In this document: in pieces, positions 48,364 through 57,023 of the stretch
Layout of the letters: every line of letters starts with the position of its first letter
Numbering within the stretch: the first letter of the stretch is position 1
Origin: Candidatus Aenigmatarchaeota archaeon
Lineage (GTDB): Archaea; Aenigmatarchaeota; Aenigmatarchaeia; GW2011-AR5; JAHLMP01
Length of the DNA: 64,000 nt
Assembly: GCA_039091735.1 (NCBI GenBank)
Contig: JAWCLB010000001.1
Location: 721-64,720 of the forward strand
Direction: 5' to 3'
Made by a program: the position numbers and the translations under genes
The notes under the pieces: generated by a model
Seen by the model: the letters and a program-made list of their open reading frames with translations, nothing else
Databases searched by the model: none
What the model was told of the DNA's origin: nothing

Positions 48364-48855
48364 ATGGCGAATGGGGGCAGATTCATTATCATGGCCATAA
48401 TCTTAATATCAGTGCTTACGCTTTTAGTATTAACTATACTTAGCATAAATACATCTGATTATGAAGGTTATATACAACTAAGTGTTGAAGGTGTAGAGTA
48501 TGCTGATGGTTCATCACTTATCCATCTAGGTAATGGGTGCTCAAAATTCATATTTTATACCACCAAAGAACAGGGAGAATCAATTGAGATTGGTATGAAA
48601 GGTATCAAGACAGCAAGACCAATGACCCATGACATCCTTATAGACATCTTGAACAACTTTGACATAAAGCCTGTGGATGTTAAGATAAACAATCTTTATA
48701 ATGATACCTATTTTGCTGAGCTGACCTTGGGTAGCTATCAAAAAAAGAAAATAAACATAAGACCAAGTGATGGAATAGCTATTGCTGTGAGAGCCAAAAT
48801 ACCAATATATGTAAATAAAAGCTTGATTAAGGATGTGTGTGGTGGTTTATTTTAG
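48364..48855 (+). CDS. Bifunctional-nuclease-like (DUF151/BFN domain) protein with N-terminal TM anchor
   Basis: 'INIRPSDGIAIAVRAKIPIYV' matches the BFN-domain core. The ORF is open from 48265; start taken at the ATG at 48364 just before the TM helix. Confidence 0.55.
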   Translation: MANGGRFIIMAIILISVLTLLVLTILSINTSDYEGYIQLSVEGVEYADGSSLIHLGNGCSKFIFYTTKEQGESIEIGMKGIKTARPMTHDILIDILNNFDIKPVDVKINNLYNDTYFAELTLGSYQKKKINIRPSDGIAIAVRAKIPIYVNKSLIKDVCGGLF

Positions 48856-48914
48856 TCGACTTATCAAGATTGCCTATTGCAAAGATTTTTATATCTCAGA
48901 TATAAATATGTTTC

Positions 48915-49193
48915 ATGGGAGCACCATATAAGAGGGTATACAAGCACACAGGACCAAGGGGTCATGAAAGATATGTGATTTGTGGGTTTTGTAATAAGCA
49001 TGTTCCAAGATATAAAGCATTTAGTGTCTTTAGAGGGTTTCAAATCACTGATCCGTATCTGAGAAGGGAAGTTAAAACTATTAGCCTCAGAAAAAAGGTT
49101 TTTGTGTGTCCGCAATGCGCAAGGCATAGAGGCATCGTTCAAATAGGAAAGAGTAGAAAAAGTAGGATAAGACAACAGAAAGAAGGTGAGTAA
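48915..49193 (+). CDS. rps26e: 30S ribosomal protein S26e (eS26)
   Basis: 'GPRGHERYVICGFCNKHVPRYKA...VCPQCARHRG' matches eS26 (GRGHV..I.C.NC...VPKDKA...C..CAIH). The stop abuts the start of the downstream ATPase. Confidence 0.6.
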   Translation: MGAPYKRVYKHTGPRGHERYVICGFCNKHVPRYKAFSVFRGFQITDPYLRREVKTISLRKKVFVCPQCARHRGIVQIGKSRKSRIRQQKEGE

Positions 49194-50834
49194 ATGCTCA
49201 AAAATATTAAAAAAATGCTTAAAAAAGAGGAGAAAATCGAAGAGCAAAGCAGAGCATATCAGATGATTAGAATTCTTAGACCAGAAGCAGCTAAAGAGAA
49301 AAAGAAGACAAAAGAGACGAAGTATCCTAGATTTAAAATTCTATCTACCAGGAAAATCTCAATTTCGAACATACCTCCGGTTCGATATCCGCTCATAGAT
49401 CCATATGCCTTTGCTGTTATAAAAAAAGAGCCATTTGAAAATACATTAGTTTATAGGGTTGGAGAACCCATACTTAATAGAGAGGAGGAGGAAAAATTAA
49501 CCAGACTTAAGCACGGTCTATTACAAACAATCAACATAAGTATGTCTGCTGTGAGAGATGAAACAGGATTAATAGAATTTCTGGAGGAGAAGGTTCAAGA
49601 TCTACTAAGCCAATACGGATTTTCTCTTACCTCTCAACAATACTTGAAAATTATGTATTATATTTATCGTGATTTCGTTGGCCTGAATGAAATAGAGCCA
49701 TTAATGCATGATCCATTTATAGAGGATATAGGAGTAGATGGGGTTGGTATTCCTGTCTATATTGTACACCAAAAGTTTGGGTCATTGAAAACAAACATAA
49801 TTTATAATGATATTGAAAGATTGAGAGAGTTTGTAGTAAAGCTTGCTGAAAGATGCGACAGATATATAAGCTACGCAGAACCGCTGTTGGATGGTACTTT
49901 GCCAGATGGAAGCAGAGTACAAGCCACGCTTACTGGTGACATAACTACGAAGGGGCCTACATTTTCTATAAGAAAATTTAGGGGAGAGCCTCTTTCTCCT
50001 GTTGATATGATAATGTTAAAGACTGCATCCTCTGAACTTATTGCATATTTGTGGTATACTATAGAAGCAAGACGCAACATACTAATATGTGGTGGGACAT
50101 CTACTGGAAAAACCTCGTTTTTGAATGCTATATCGCTTTTCATCTCGCCTGAATCAAAGATTGTTTCCATAGAGGATACAAGAGAGCTTTCACTGCCTCA
50201 CGAGCACTGGATTCCTGGTGTAGCTAGAACAGGTTTTGGTGGAACTAACGTGGGAGAAGTTACAATGTTTGATTTATTACGAGAAAGTTTTAGGCAAAAT
50301 CCAGACTATCTGATTGTGGGCGAGATAAGAGGAAAAGAGGCTTATGTTATGTTTCAAGGTATGGCCTCTGGACACCCATCTTTCAGCACTATTCATGCTG
50401 CAAGTTTGGATGATGTAATTAAAAGGTTAGAATCGCCTCCAATAGAGCTTTCACCATCACTAATAGAGGCGCTCGATATTATAATCGTTATGATTCACGC
50501 TCGCGAAAAGGGTAAGAGCGCCAGAAGAATAAAAGAAGTGATGGAAATACAAAATATCGATAAAGCAACTGGAAGTGCAAACGCTGTTCGTGCATTTGCA
50601 TGGATTCCATCTGAGGATAGAATTGAATACAAAGGGTATTCTTGGGTCTTAAATAAAATCTCGATTGATAAAGGGATACCTATTCGCGAAATCTATCGTG
50701 AGATAGACTGTAGAAAGAGGGTATTGGACTGGCTTGTGAATAAAAATATAAGATCTATAAAAAATGTCTCAAAATACATAGTTATGTATCAAAGGGATAA
50801 AGATCAATTATTAAAAATGATCAGAGAGGGTTAA
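49194..50834 (+). CDS. Type II/IV secretion-system ATPase (archaeal PilB/FlaI/VirB11-like)
   Basis: Walker A 'CGGTSTGKTSFLNA', an Asp box 'IEDTRELSL', and Walker B / His box 'LIVGEIRGKEAYVMFQGMASGHPSFSTIHA'. Confidence 0.85.
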   Translation: MLKNIKKMLKKEEKIEEQSRAYQMIRILRPEAAKEKKKTKETKYPRFKILSTRKISISNIPPVRYPLIDPYAFAVIKKEPFENTLVYRVGEPILNREEEEKLTRLKHGLLQTINISMSAVRDETGLIEFLEEKVQDLLSQYGFSLTSQQYLKIMYYIYRDFVGLNEIEPLMHDPFIEDIGVDGVGIPVYIVHQKFGSLKTNIIYNDIERLREFVVKLAERCDRYISYAEPLLDGTLPDGSRVQATLTGDITTKGPTFSIRKFRGEPLSPVDMIMLKTASSELIAYLWYTIEARRNILICGGTSTGKTSFLNAISLFISPESKIVSIEDTRELSLPHEHWIPGVARTGFGGTNVGEVTMFDLLRESFRQNPDYLIVGEIRGKEAYVMFQGMASGHPSFSTIHAASLDDVIKRLESPPIELSPSLIEALDIIIVMIHAREKGKSARRIKEVMEIQNIDKATGSANAVRAFAWIPSEDRIEYKGYSWVLNKISIDKGIPIREIYREIDCRKRVLDWLVNKNIRSIKNVSKYIVMYQRDKDQLLKMIREG

Positions 50835-51049
50835 GCAGCAAAGAGTTTGCCCGAAAAAGGATATATAACTGCATTTAGTTTTGGTCAAGCATATCCCATC
50901 ATAAGCTTTTATAATTTAATACACATCTGCGTCTATTTCAAGAACAGCCTTTGTAAACAAGTTAAGTTTTTATATATTTAAATTAATACAGAAACAGAAT
51001 CTAACAATAAAGTGCAAATGGTCTGCAAACTCCAAACCCATTATAAAAT

Positions 51050-51218
51050 GCCGGAGTAGCTCAGTTGGTAGGCTTCAATAAAGAGTGCTACGCTCATGTG
51101 TGACATGAGCTCTGATATTATTAATATGAAGATATAGCTGAGAAACGTAGTGGTCGTGGGAGGTTATTCGGCTTTTTATAAAGCTGAAAACCCACGAATT
51201 CAAATCCCACCTCCGGCA
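51050..51218 (+). tRNA. tRNA-Met/Ile2 (anticodon CAU, elongator-type G1:C72) with three introns (D loop 12 nt; 37/38 46 nt; 53/54 38 nt)
   Basis: All 169 nt are accounted for. Exons: GCCGGAG-TA-GCTC-AGTTGGTA | GAGT-G-CTACG-CTCATG | A-CGTAG-TGGTC-GTGGG | TTCAAAT-CCCAC-CTCCGGC-A. Introns at 51071-51082, 51099-51144 (contains ACATGAG, complementary to anticodon loop CTCATGT, BHB-like) and 51161-51198. Confidence 0.55.
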
Positions 51219-51415
51219 TTTTATCATATTCATTGACGGATTATAACTTGCATGCGATTAAAACTAGAATTGCTACTTCTCATAGACTGGTTAACTATAA
51301 AGGGATTGCAAATAACAACCAAAACTTTAGTGCCTCTGTCTACTGCTGCAATTGATTGACAAGCAAACTGTATGTCAAGACTTTATCAAAATGAAAAGAT
51401 ACGTTAAGTTATTAG

Positions 51416-52372
51416 TCAAACCAACATTACCTGTGCAAGCAATGCCTCTAATTGGATTTGTGGGTTGCAGCCTTCTGCCAATCTAAATTCACATTCACCT
51501 GTTAGCTCTAATATCTTTGCCTTTTTCTTTTCGTCTATCTCTAAATCAAAGATTTGGTTATGAATACCTGTAATTATGTCTTCACCGCTCAGTGCCTGCT
51601 CCCTCAGCAATGATATCAATATTTTTCTTGCATCTTCGAATTTTTGATTTAGTGCAAAGTTCAACATCTTTTTTATGTCTTCTGGGTTTGGATTAGAGAC
51701 AACAGAATAGATAGCTTTGTCGTTAATTATTTTGCCAAGTGTAGATACTGTCTGTAAAGTATTTATTGCTTTTCTCATATCACCCTCGCTTATTCTATAA
51801 AGCGTAGAATAAGATTTTTCATCTATTTTGAGTTTCTCATTTTTTACGATTCTTTCAAGAAATTTTCTCATAGATTTTTCGTCAATTGGAGCAAATTTAA
51901 ATATAGCTGTTCTGGATTGTATTGGTAAAATAATTTTTGAGATAAAATTACATGCAAGTATGAATCTTGTAATTTCTGAAAAGCGTTCCATTGTCCTTCT
52001 TAGTGCCTGTTGGGCATCCCTTGTTAGCGCATCGGCCTCATCAAGATATATGATTTTAAAATCTTTGTTCATGGGTACAGTTCTTGCGAAATCCTTGACC
52101 TTTGTTCTTATGGTATCTATCCCACGCTCGTCTGATGCATTAAGCTCTAAAAAATTTTGGTGCCATCTCTCACCAAAAAAACTCTTTGCAATTACTAATG
52201 CTGTTGTGGTCTTCCCAACACCAGCTGGACCTGAAAAAAGACAATGAGGTAGGGATCTATTTCTTACAAAAGACTCTAATCGCCTTATAATATTGTCTTG
52301 TCCAACAATTTCGTTGAATCTTTTTGGTCTATATTTTTCTGTCCAAATCTCTTCTGCCTCTATATATATCAC
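51416..52372 (-). CDS. rfcS: Replication factor C small subunit
   Basis: Walker A 'GPAGVGKTT', a DEAD-like 'IYLDEADALT', SRC-like motifs, and a 318-aa length. Confidence 0.9.
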   Translation of the reverse strand: MIYIEAEEIWTEKYRPKRFNEIVGQDNIIRRLESFVRNRSLPHCLFSGPAGVGKTTTALVIAKSFFGERWHQNFLELNASDERGIDTIRTKVKDFARTVPMNKDFKIIYLDEADALTRDAQQALRRTMERFSEITRFILACNFISKIILPIQSRTAIFKFAPIDEKSMRKFLERIVKNEKLKIDEKSYSTLYRISEGDMRKAINTLQTVSTLGKIINDKAIYSVVSNPNPEDIKKMLNFALNQKFEDARKILISLLREQALSGEDIITGIHNQIFDLEIDEKKKAKILELTGECEFRLAEGCNPQIQLEALLAQVMLV

Positions 52373-52377
52373 CTCTA

Positions 52378-52569
52378 TTACGCAACACCCTTTCTTTCTT
52401 TTGATTTTGGTCTTAGCTTCTTAGACCCACATTTTCTGCATTTTATCTTTCCTTCTGCAACCTTATATGGATCTGCTCTTATTTTTGCATTGCACTTCAT
52501 ACAAATAAAGACATTTTCAAATAAACGATGCACGACCGCGTCTGGTATCTTCTTTCTCACAGCAATCAC
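52378..52569 (-). CDS. rpl40e: 50S ribosomal protein L40e
   Basis: 63-aa basic protein with a C4 zinc ribbon (CMKC...CRKCG) and 'KKLRPKSK', typical of L40e. Confidence 0.7.
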   Translation of the reverse strand: MIAVRKKIPDAVVHRLFENVFICMKCNAKIRADPYKVAEGKIKCRKCGSKKLRPKSKERKGVA

Positions 52570-53092
52570 TTAAATATTCTTGATACTTTTCCAGCCATTC
52601 TACTTCATCGCTTCTATATTTTTTTGATTTCAATATATTTAAAATCCTTTTTACAACCGCATCTGAGCTTTTGCCTGTCGTATCAATCTGTAATACCCTC
52701 TTGTTGTTTTGCAATGCCTCCCAATATATGATGCTAAGGATTTCTGCTGATACGTTTTCCCTTACCTTCTCTGAATTCCACCCCCTCCTTTTAAGTCTCT
52801 CTTCCAAATGCTTTGGATCTAGCCGCAATATAAATGCGAGGTCGCTAGGAATGAAATGCGCCAAATGTCCCTCAATTATAACATCTTGCTCGTTTATCAA
52901 TTTTTGAACTCTTTTTTTCAATCTCTTTGGATCTACTATAAGTGTCTTTCTTTTGGCATCATAGCCACAATATAGTTTGTGTTTTTTTATGAATTGAGAT
53001 AATCTTATTAATTTAATCCTCGTCTTTTTGCTCAGCATCTTTGCTATTTTTGTTTTACCGGTTCCTGGTGTCCCTGAGATTGTAATAATCAT
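52517..53092 (-). CDS. Fap7/AK6-type adenylate kinase (ribosome-biogenesis NTPase)
   Basis: P-loop 'ISGTPGTGKTKIA', 'LIVDPKRL', and 'VIIEGHLAHF...LRLDPKHLEERLKRRGW..EKVRENV..E' match Fap7/hCINAP. The 3' end overlaps rpl40e by 53 nt. Confidence 0.65.
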   Translation of the reverse strand: MIITISGTPGTGKTKIAKMLSKKTRIKLIRLSQFIKKHKLYCGYDAKRKTLIVDPKRLKKRVQKLINEQDVIIEGHLAHFIPSDLAFILRLDPKHLEERLKRRGWNSEKVRENVSAEILSIIYWEALQNNKRVLQIDTTGKSSDAVVKRILNILKSKKYRSDEVEWLEKYQEYLSDCCEKEDTRRGRASFI

Positions 53093-53127
53093 ATACTTAA
53101 ATATGATATAATTTAATTTTTATAGAT

Positions 53128-53622
53128 ATGAAAATAGAAACCTTTGCATTTATAATCTTTGTTTTGGTTTTATCTAGCCTATGTATAGGCCAAAGGAATT
53201 TGACAAAAATAGATGTAGATGGGCAAACTTACCAATTCAACACAAACCTTTATGATTCAATCAAAATATATGCTGATAATGAATCAAAAATAAAATCGTT
53301 GTTTGATGAATCTGAGAGGATTTGCATAACATTTGATAACTCAAGTCATGAAGACAATTCTCTGTTTGCAGTTATCGCATATAACATTGTATTCAGAGCC
53401 ACGAGATACTACTCGATTCGAGGTATAGAAAAAGAGTTTAGTGTTTGCAATCAAGAACCGAAAATAGAACTCAGAGGACCTAATACAGGGGCAAAGGAAA
53501 ATTCTGTATTGCTTATGAACAGGACTATAATTATTCAAGGCAAGACTTCGAAGGACTTAGAGAAGGCTGGAGATAAATTATCTCTTATCATTCTTGGAAT
53601 AGATAAATTGCCACAAAGTTAG
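53128..53622 (+). CDS. Hypothetical secreted protein
   Basis: N-terminal signal-peptide-like 'MKIETFAFIIFVLVLSSLCIG'. Confidence 0.4.
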   Translation: MKIETFAFIIFVLVLSSLCIGQRNLTKIDVDGQTYQFNTNLYDSIKIYADNESKIKSLFDESERICITFDNSSHEDNSLFAVIAYNIVFRATRYYSIRGIEKEFSVCNQEPKIELRGPNTGAKENSVLLMNRTIIIQGKTSKDLEKAGDKLSLIILGIDKLPQS

Positions 53623-53677
53623 ATAGATTTAATTCGCCTCTTAATAAATTTATAAACTTCGCAGATAAATACAGCTT

Positions 53678-54766
53678 ATGCTAATAGATCTTATCTCAAG
53701 AAATATAATATCAGCAGAGCCAGAAGAAAAAATCTCAGTAGTTTTGGGAAAAATAAAAAAGTATAAAATCCATCAGCTTCCAGTAATCGAAAAAGGAAAA
53801 TTTATTGGAATGATTTTCTTAAATGATATTGTAACAAAGAGTATGAATATTGAAACTACAAAAGTTAAAGCGATAATGAGAACTAATATCCCCACAATAG
53901 ATATAAATTCTTCTTATTTAGATGCAGTTAAGACGATTATTGATAGTGGTGTGAGGGCTCTTCCTGTTTTTGATAAAGAAAGCATAGTAGGCATTATTGC
54001 TGAGACAGACCTTATTCAGCTTGTTAAGGAAAATCCTGCTATAAAAGATGTTATGACAACACCTATCTGTATAAGTAAAGATGATAAAATAGGACGAGTA
54101 AGATATCTTATGAGAGAAAAAAATATCTCAAGACTGCCTATAGTAGATAATGAAGGAAAGCTTGTTGGAGCTATTGACACGCTAGACTTGGCAAATATAA
54201 TGAAACCAAAAGAAAAACAAACTAGGGCAAAAGAGAGCGTAAGCGAAAAATTAACAGATCATGAACTCTCAGTTGGGCTTATTCTACGCAAAACCTTCTC
54301 TGTCAATAAAGAAGCAAGGCTTCATGAAATCATACCTATACTAAAGGAATACGAAGAGGTTATTATAACAGATAATGAAAAGCCTGTTGGAATTATAACA
54401 CCCAAAGATGTCATAGAATTACTTTTACCCAAAAAGGAGAAATACTACATTCAAATAGCTAATATTAGGGAGATAGATGCATCAATAAGACCAAAGATGT
54501 ATGAGATTATTGAAAATTTTTTAGAGAAGGAAAGAAGATTTACTGAAATAGATTTTGTATTTTTATATGTTGACACATACAAAAAAAGAGGAAGAGTAAA
54601 ATATTCATTAAGAGCAAGAGTTAGGACAAACTACGGGTTATTAATAGCAAAGACATCTGGATGGGATGTGCTTACGTGCATTTATGATATAGTCAAAAAG
54701 TTAGAAAGAGAAATAAGAAAAAAGACAAACAAGAGCCTAATGCATAGGAGAATGACAAAAATATAA
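53678..54766 (+). CDS. Multi-CBS-domain protein with C-terminal domain resembling ribosome hibernation factor (HPF/RaiA-like)
   Basis: Four CBS repeats, then 'YSLRARVRTNYGLLIAKTSGWDVLTCIYDIVKKLEREIRKK', reminiscent of the HPF/YfiA beta-alpha-beta-beta-beta-alpha core. The resemblance is weak. Confidence 0.55.
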   Translation: MLIDLISRNIISAEPEEKISVVLGKIKKYKIHQLPVIEKGKFIGMIFLNDIVTKSMNIETTKVKAIMRTNIPTIDINSSYLDAVKTIIDSGVRALPVFDKESIVGIIAETDLIQLVKENPAIKDVMTTPICISKDDKIGRVRYLMREKNISRLPIVDNEGKLVGAIDTLDLANIMKPKEKQTRAKESVSEKLTDHELSVGLILRKTFSVNKEARLHEIIPILKEYEEVIITDNEKPVGIITPKDVIELLLPKKEKYYIQIANIREIDASIRPKMYEIIENFLEKERRFTEIDFVFLYVDTYKKRGRVKYSLRARVRTNYGLLIAKTSGWDVLTCIYDIVKKLEREIRKKTNKSLMHRRMTKI

Positions 54767-54786
54767 GTAATGGTTTTTTATAAGAA

Positions 54787-55515
54787 ATGAGTATGGAAAA
54801 GCGATTTTGGGAAATAGACTTCTTAAGAGGATTTGCAGTAGTCATGATGATTATCTATCATTTATTTTTTGATTTGAGCTACTTTGGGTATTTTAATATA
54901 AATTCTGCCTTTTGGTGGTGGCTTGCACATGTAATTGCAACTATTTTTATCTTCTTGGTTGGTATATCTTTATCTCTTAGTTTTTCCAGAACTAAGAAAA
55001 TAAGAATGCCTACAAAAGAAATAAGAAAAAAATACCTTAGAAGGGGATTGAAGATATTCTCATTAGGGATGATAATTACCCTAATTACATGGATCTTTAT
55101 GAGGAAGGGATTTGTGCTTTTTGGTGTCCTCCATCTTATTGGAGTTTCAATCATCCTTGCATATCCTTTCTTAAAGCTTCGTTTTCCAAATCTTATACTT
55201 GGTATCACTTTTATATCTCTTGGGCTATACATGAAGAATTTCACGTTTGATTTTCCTTGGCTTCTATGGGCTGGTTTTATGCCTCATCACTTTTATACAA
55301 TTGACTACTTTCCGATTTTGCCTTGGTTTGGAGTAGTTTTAATAGGCTTGTTTTTTGGTAATTTATTGTATCCGAATTATCAAAGAATTGTTAATCTTCC
55401 TGAAGATGATTTTATTACCAAGAGATTTTTCTGTTTTCTTGGCAGAAATTCGTTGCCAATTTATCTTCTCCATCAGCCAATATTAATTACTATTTTATAT
55501 TTTTTGATTGTTTAA
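54787..55515 (+). CDS. DUF1624 (HGSNAT-like acyltransferase) membrane protein
   Basis: 'EIDFLRGFAVVMMIIYH' N-terminal motif and ~7 TM helices. Confidence 0.55.
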   Translation: MSMEKRFWEIDFLRGFAVVMMIIYHLFFDLSYFGYFNINSAFWWWLAHVIATIFIFLVGISLSLSFSRTKKIRMPTKEIRKKYLRRGLKIFSLGMIITLITWIFMRKGFVLFGVLHLIGVSIILAYPFLKLRFPNLILGITFISLGLYMKNFTFDFPWLLWAGFMPHHFYTIDYFPILPWFGVVLIGLFFGNLLYPNYQRIVNLPEDDFITKRFFCFLGRNSLPIYLLHQPILITILYFLIV

Positions 55516-56978
55516 TTTTTTTGATTGCTTATAATATTTTTTAGATTTTTGATTTCTTCTCTAATCTGTTTTGTTGTATCCCTATTCCGGATAGTTACAG
55601 TATCATCTCTCATGGTCTGAGCATCTATAGTTATTCCCATCAAAGTCCCGATTTCGTCTGCCCTTGCATATCGCTTCCCTATAGAACCCTTATCATCGTA
55701 GAAGACATCAAATTCTGTCCTTAACATCTCATAAATACTCTTGGCCTTTTCTTGGAAACCATTCCTATTAACTAAAGGAAATATTCCCGCAACATAAGGG
55801 CTTATGATATTCGGAAACCTAAACCAATCCCAGCCCCTCTCTCTATCTTTTCTAAAGCAATAAAATAGAATCCCTGCGATTGTCCTTTCTATACCAAAGC
55901 TTGGCTCAACTACATGCGGTATTATTTTCTTTCCATCTTCTGTAGTAATTGTCATGTTTGTTCCGGAATTTTTCATATGATTTCTTAAGTCATAATCATT
56001 TCTGCATGCATTTCCAACAACCTCTTTCCAACCAAAATCAAATCTTATCTCCAAATCAAAATTTCCCGATGAATAGTGTGGGGTCTCTTCTGGAAGCATG
56101 TGTCTAAATCTTAAAGCACTCTCAGGTATTCCAAGCGACTTATAGAAATCAAATTCCTTTGCCAAGAAATATCCAATCCACTCATTTGGTAGAATCTTTT
56201 CATTCAGTGCGTCTTTGACCTTCATCTTCTTATGCTCTTCGTTATTTTTTTGTGCTTCTCTTGTCAAAAGGTTTATTTCTTTATTTTCAATCTCTCCTGT
56301 TGGACATTTTGGGTTTTCTGGATCAAAAAACATCTCTATTTCGCATTGATTGAATTCCCTTAACCTTATAATGAACTGTCTTGGTGAGATTTCATTTCTA
56401 AAAGCATGGCCTACTTGAGCTATGCCAAATGGCAAGCTAACTCTATATGTCTTGTATATCTTTTGAAAGGAGGTGAAAATATTTTGGGCTGTTTCTGGTC
56501 TAAGATAAGCGACATGCTTTCCCATGGGAGAAACCTCTGTCCTAAACATGAGATTAAAGATCTTTACATCAGAAAGCCTGCTACCACATTTTTTACATTT
56601 AATATTATTTTTTCTTATAATATCTGTTAATTCATCTGGTGTCTTACCTCCAAAAAACTTGCACGTAGATTCTATTAATTCATCTGCCTTAAAAACCGAA
56701 TTGCATTTCTCGCAACGAGTTATTGGATCTGTAAAAAAGTCTAAATGCCCGGAAGCCTTTAAAACCGCTTCTGGGAGTATCGTACATCCGTCTATCTCAA
56801 AAACATTATATCCTGCCTTGACAAATGTTCTTCTCCAATAGTCAATGAGTTTTCTCTTTAGCAGAACGCCTATTGGACCATAATCAAAAAATCCAGACAA
56901 TGTAGGATAAATTTCTGCTGTTGGATATATTATTCCTCTTTTGGCGCAAACCTTTTGGACCTCTTCAAAACTTACCAT
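55512..56978 (-). CDS. glyS: Glycyl-tRNA synthetase (archaeal/eukaryotic alpha2 type)
   Basis: 'RGIIYPTAEIYPTLSGFFDYGPIGVLLKRKLIDYWRR', class II aaRS motifs, and a 488-aa length. Confidence 0.9.
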   Translation of the reverse strand: MVSFEEVQKVCAKRGIIYPTAEIYPTLSGFFDYGPIGVLLKRKLIDYWRRTFVKAGYNVFEIDGCTILPEAVLKASGHLDFFTDPITRCEKCNSVFKADELIESTCKFFGGKTPDELTDIIRKNNIKCKKCGSRLSDVKIFNLMFRTEVSPMGKHVAYLRPETAQNIFTSFQKIYKTYRVSLPFGIAQVGHAFRNEISPRQFIIRLREFNQCEIEMFFDPENPKCPTGEIENKEINLLTREAQKNNEEHKKMKVKDALNEKILPNEWIGYFLAKEFDFYKSLGIPESALRFRHMLPEETPHYSSGNFDLEIRFDFGWKEVVGNACRNDYDLRNHMKNSGTNMTITTEDGKKIIPHVVEPSFGIERTIAGILFYCFRKDRERGWDWFRFPNIISPYVAGIFPLVNRNGFQEKAKSIYEMLRTEFDVFYDDKGSIGKRYARADEIGTLMGITIDAQTMRDDTVTIRNRDTTKQIREEIKNLKNIISNQKN

Positions 56979-57023
56979 AGAATAAATTTAACTTTTTAAA
57001 ATTTAAAAGAGCAAAAGAAACTT

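Noticed and set aside
48864-49247. 127-aa minus-strand ORF
   Set aside because: Entirely antisense to the eS26 gene and the start of the secretion ATPase. No motif, and poor composition.
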